A program made the position numbers and the translations under genes. The notes below the pieces were generated by a model. It was given only the letters and a program-made list of their open reading frames with translations. It was not told where the DNA came from and did not search any database. A stretch of DNA of 64,000 nucleotides from Candidatus Dormiibacterota bacterium. Its GTDB lineage: Bacteria > Chloroflexota > Dormibacteria > Aeolococcales > Aeolococcaceae. Shown here in pieces: positions 62,366-64,000 of the stretch (the stretch's first letter is position 1; each line of letters opens with the position of its first letter). The stretch spans positions 2,012,066 to 2,076,065 of the forward strand of contig CAWCVK010000001.1 of NCBI GenBank assembly GCA_963799005.1, in the 5' to 3' direction.

Positions 62366-63849
62366 AGCGGATCAGCCACTGGATCGGCGGCCAGGTAGTC
62401 CCCGGCACCTCCGGCAAGCGCGGGCCGGTTTTCAACCCGGCCACCGGCGAGCAGACCGGTGACGTGGATCTGGCCTCTGCCGCCGAGGTCGACGCGGCCG
62501 TCGAAACCGCCGCCGGAGCGTTCCGGGAGTGGCGCGCCGCGTCGCTCTCGCAGCGGACGACGGTCCTCTTCGCCTTCCGCGACCTGCTCGACCGGCATCG
62601 CGACGATCTCGCGGCGATGGTCACGTCGGAGCACGGCAAGGTGCTTTCCGACGCCAGAGGCGAGGTCGCTCGTGGCATCGAGAACGTCGAGTTCGCCTGC
62701 GGCGTGCCCCACCTGCTCAAGGGCGGATTTTCGGAGCAGCCGTCGCGCGGCGTCGACGTGTACTCGATCCGGCAGCCGCTGGGTGTGGTCGCGGGGATCA
62801 CGCCCTTCAACTTCCCGGCCATGGTGCCGATGTGGATGTTCGCGAACGCGATCGCGTGCGGGAACACGTTCATCCTCAAGCCGAGCGAGAAGGACCCGTC
62901 GCCGTCGCTGTTCTTCGCCGATCTCTGGCGTCGGGCGGGACTCCCTGACGGCGTGTTCTCGGTGGTGCAGGGGGCGCGCGAGGCGGTGGACCGTCTGCTC
63001 GATCACCCCGAGGTGGCGGCGCTGTCGTTTGTCGGATCGACGCCGGTGGCGCGCCACATCTACGAGACGGGGACACGCAATGGCAAGCGCGTCCAGGCGC
63101 TGGGCGGGGCCAAGAATCACATGGTCGTCCTGCCGGACGCGGATATCGACGCGGCGGCGGATGCTGCAGTGTCGGCGGGATACGGTTCTGCGGGCGAGCG
63201 CTGCATGGCGATCTCCACGGTGGTCGCGGTCGGCGACATCGGGGAGCGCCTGGTCGCCGCAATCGCGGCGCGCATTCCCGCCGTCAAGGTCGGCGCCGGC
63301 GACGATCCGACGTCGGAGATGGGACCGCTCGTCACCCGCGAGCATCGCGACAAGGTCGCGGCCTATCTCGAGGATCAGTCCCTCGGGGGCGCCCGCCTTG
63401 TCGTCGACGGCCGTGGCAACTCGCCGGATGGCGACGGCTTCTTTCTCGGACCGTCCCTGGTCGACCGGGTGACGCCCGGTTCCAGGGTGTACGACGACGA
63501 GATCTTCGGCCCGGTGCTCTCGGTGGTCCGTGTGGACACGTACGACGAGGCCGTCCGACTGGTTAATGACAATCAGTACGGGAACGGGGTGGCCATCTTC
63601 ACGCGGGACGGGGGCGCGGCGCGCAAGTTCCAGTTCGAGGTGCAGGTCGGCATGGTGGGCATCAACGTGCCGATCCCGGTGCCGGTCGCGTACTACAGCT
63701 TTGGTGGATGGAAGGCGTCGCTGTTCGGCGACACGCACATGTACGGACCGGACGGGATTCATTTCTACACGCGTACCAAAGTGGTCACGTCACGCTGGCC
63801 GGAGCCCGGACCCGGGCGCGTCGACCTCGCGTTTCCAAGCAACGCCTGA
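62362..63849 (+). CDS. mmsA: CoA-acylating methylmalonate-semialdehyde dehydrogenase
   Basis: Probable TTG 62362 (TTGA overlap with the coxM-like stop). ..ISHWIGGQ.., ..GITPFNFPAMVPMWMFANAIACGNTFILKPSEKDP.., ..GSAGERCMA.., ..VGINVPIPVPVAYYSFGGWKASLFGD.. are diagnostic of MmsA. The upstream 71 codons of track ORF 62149..63849 overlap the coxM-like gene. Confidence 0.9.
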   Translation: MKRISHWIGGQVVPGTSGKRGPVFNPATGEQTGDVDLASAAEVDAAVETAAGAFREWRAASLSQRTTVLFAFRDLLDRHRDDLAAMVTSEHGKVLSDARGEVARGIENVEFACGVPHLLKGGFSEQPSRGVDVYSIRQPLGVVAGITPFNFPAMVPMWMFANAIACGNTFILKPSEKDPSPSLFFADLWRRAGLPDGVFSVVQGAREAVDRLLDHPEVAALSFVGSTPVARHIYETGTRNGKRVQALGGAKNHMVVLPDADIDAAADAAVSAGYGSAGERCMAISTVVAVGDIGERLVAAIAARIPAVKVGAGDDPTSEMGPLVTREHRDKVAAYLEDQSLGGARLVVDGRGNSPDGDGFFLGPSLVDRVTPGSRVYDDEIFGPVLSVVRVDTYDEAVRLVNDNQYGNGVAIFTRDGGAARKFQFEVQVGMVGINVPIPVPVAYYSFGGWKASLFGDTHMYGPDGIHFYTRTKVVTSRWPEPGPGRVDLAFPSNA

Positions 63850-63884
63850 GCCGATCCCGACCCTCCTGCTAGGCTGCTCAGGCG

Positions 63885-64000
63885 ATGAGTGAGTGGACCG
63901 GGGTGAGGGACAAACGCGTGCTCATCACCGGCGCCACCCGGGGGATTGGGCTGGCGGCGGCGCAGGCGCTGGCTGCGCGCGGCGCACAGCTGGCGATCGT
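63885..64000 (+). CDS. Short-chain dehydrogenase/reductase, N-terminal fragment (continues beyond window)
   Basis: MSEWTGVRDKRVLITGATRGIGLAAAQALAARGAQLAIV carries the TGxxxGIG cofactor motif. The ORF is still open at the window end. Confidence 0.75.
   Translation, partial: MSEWTGVRDKRVLITGATRGIGLAAAQALAARGAQLAI

Noticed and set aside
1-64000. CRISPR arrays, tandem repeats, tRNA/rRNA genes, prophage or defence-system genes.
   Set aside because: Scanning by eye I saw no regularly spaced direct repeats, no T-loop or anticodon-arm-like tRNA signatures in the intergenic gaps, no rRNA-like conserved stretches and no integrase, transposase, restriction, Cas or toxin-antitoxin-like proteins. The only repeated DNA found is the 12-nt operator pair. 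The propeller and COG4280-like paralog pairs are similar at the protein level; I did not compare their DNA.

Overview
Very GC-rich bacterial chromosomal segment with strong GC3 codon bias, GGAGG-type ribosome-binding sites and many GTGA/ATGA start-stop overlaps. Gene content looks terrabacterial or Actinomycetota-like, but I cannot assign a taxon from sequence alone. I recognised no rRNA, tRNA, CRISPR array, transposase, integrase or phage gene. Layout, left to right: (1) 1-13.0 kb is an envelope-glycan block with three GT1 glycosyltransferases, a CelD-like acyltransferase, an epimerase, a sulfotransferase and a GmhB-like phosphatase. It runs into a secreted-protein island holding two paralogous Cys-rich beta-propellers, a DNRLRE-phosphoesterase fusion and an S53 peptidase. 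(2) 13-30 kb holds miscellaneous small enzymes (VOC, DUF899, dienelactone hydrolase, epoxide hydrolase, formamidase, YghZ-like aldo-keto reductase), a second secreted phosphoesterase-FN3 protein, an orphan Cys-rich secreted protein and an HNH lipoprotein. (3) 30-38 kb holds a LuxR/LAL regulator, a COG4280-like membrane protein and a heavily frame-broken Fe(III)/thiamine-type ABC importer operon. (4) 38.4-46.1 kb holds a TauE-like permease and an aa3-type cytochrome oxidase cluster (cupredoxin, ctaC, ctaD, ctaE, ctaG, TlpA-like, ctaB). (5) 46-53.7 kb holds a methyltransferase, a sugar ABC importer whose MalF-like permease carries a large inserted loop domain, a GntR regulator with two copies of its likely operator, and mgsA. 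(6) 53.9-64 kb holds an MFS transporter, an amino-acid ABC importer, a form-II coxSLM-like molybdoenzyme, mmsA and the start of an SDR. The dominant sequence-level oddity is about 25 positions where a clearly homologous reading frame continues in another frame. Nearly all behave as 1-nt insertions, and they cluster in a few stretches. I cannot tell from sequence alone whether these are consensus errors or real pseudogenes. No compelling novel multi-gene system (for example a defence system) was found. The best candidates for follow-up are the propeller/hydrolase island, the loop-domain permease, the GntR operator pair, the extended CtaD and the orphan secreted proteins.
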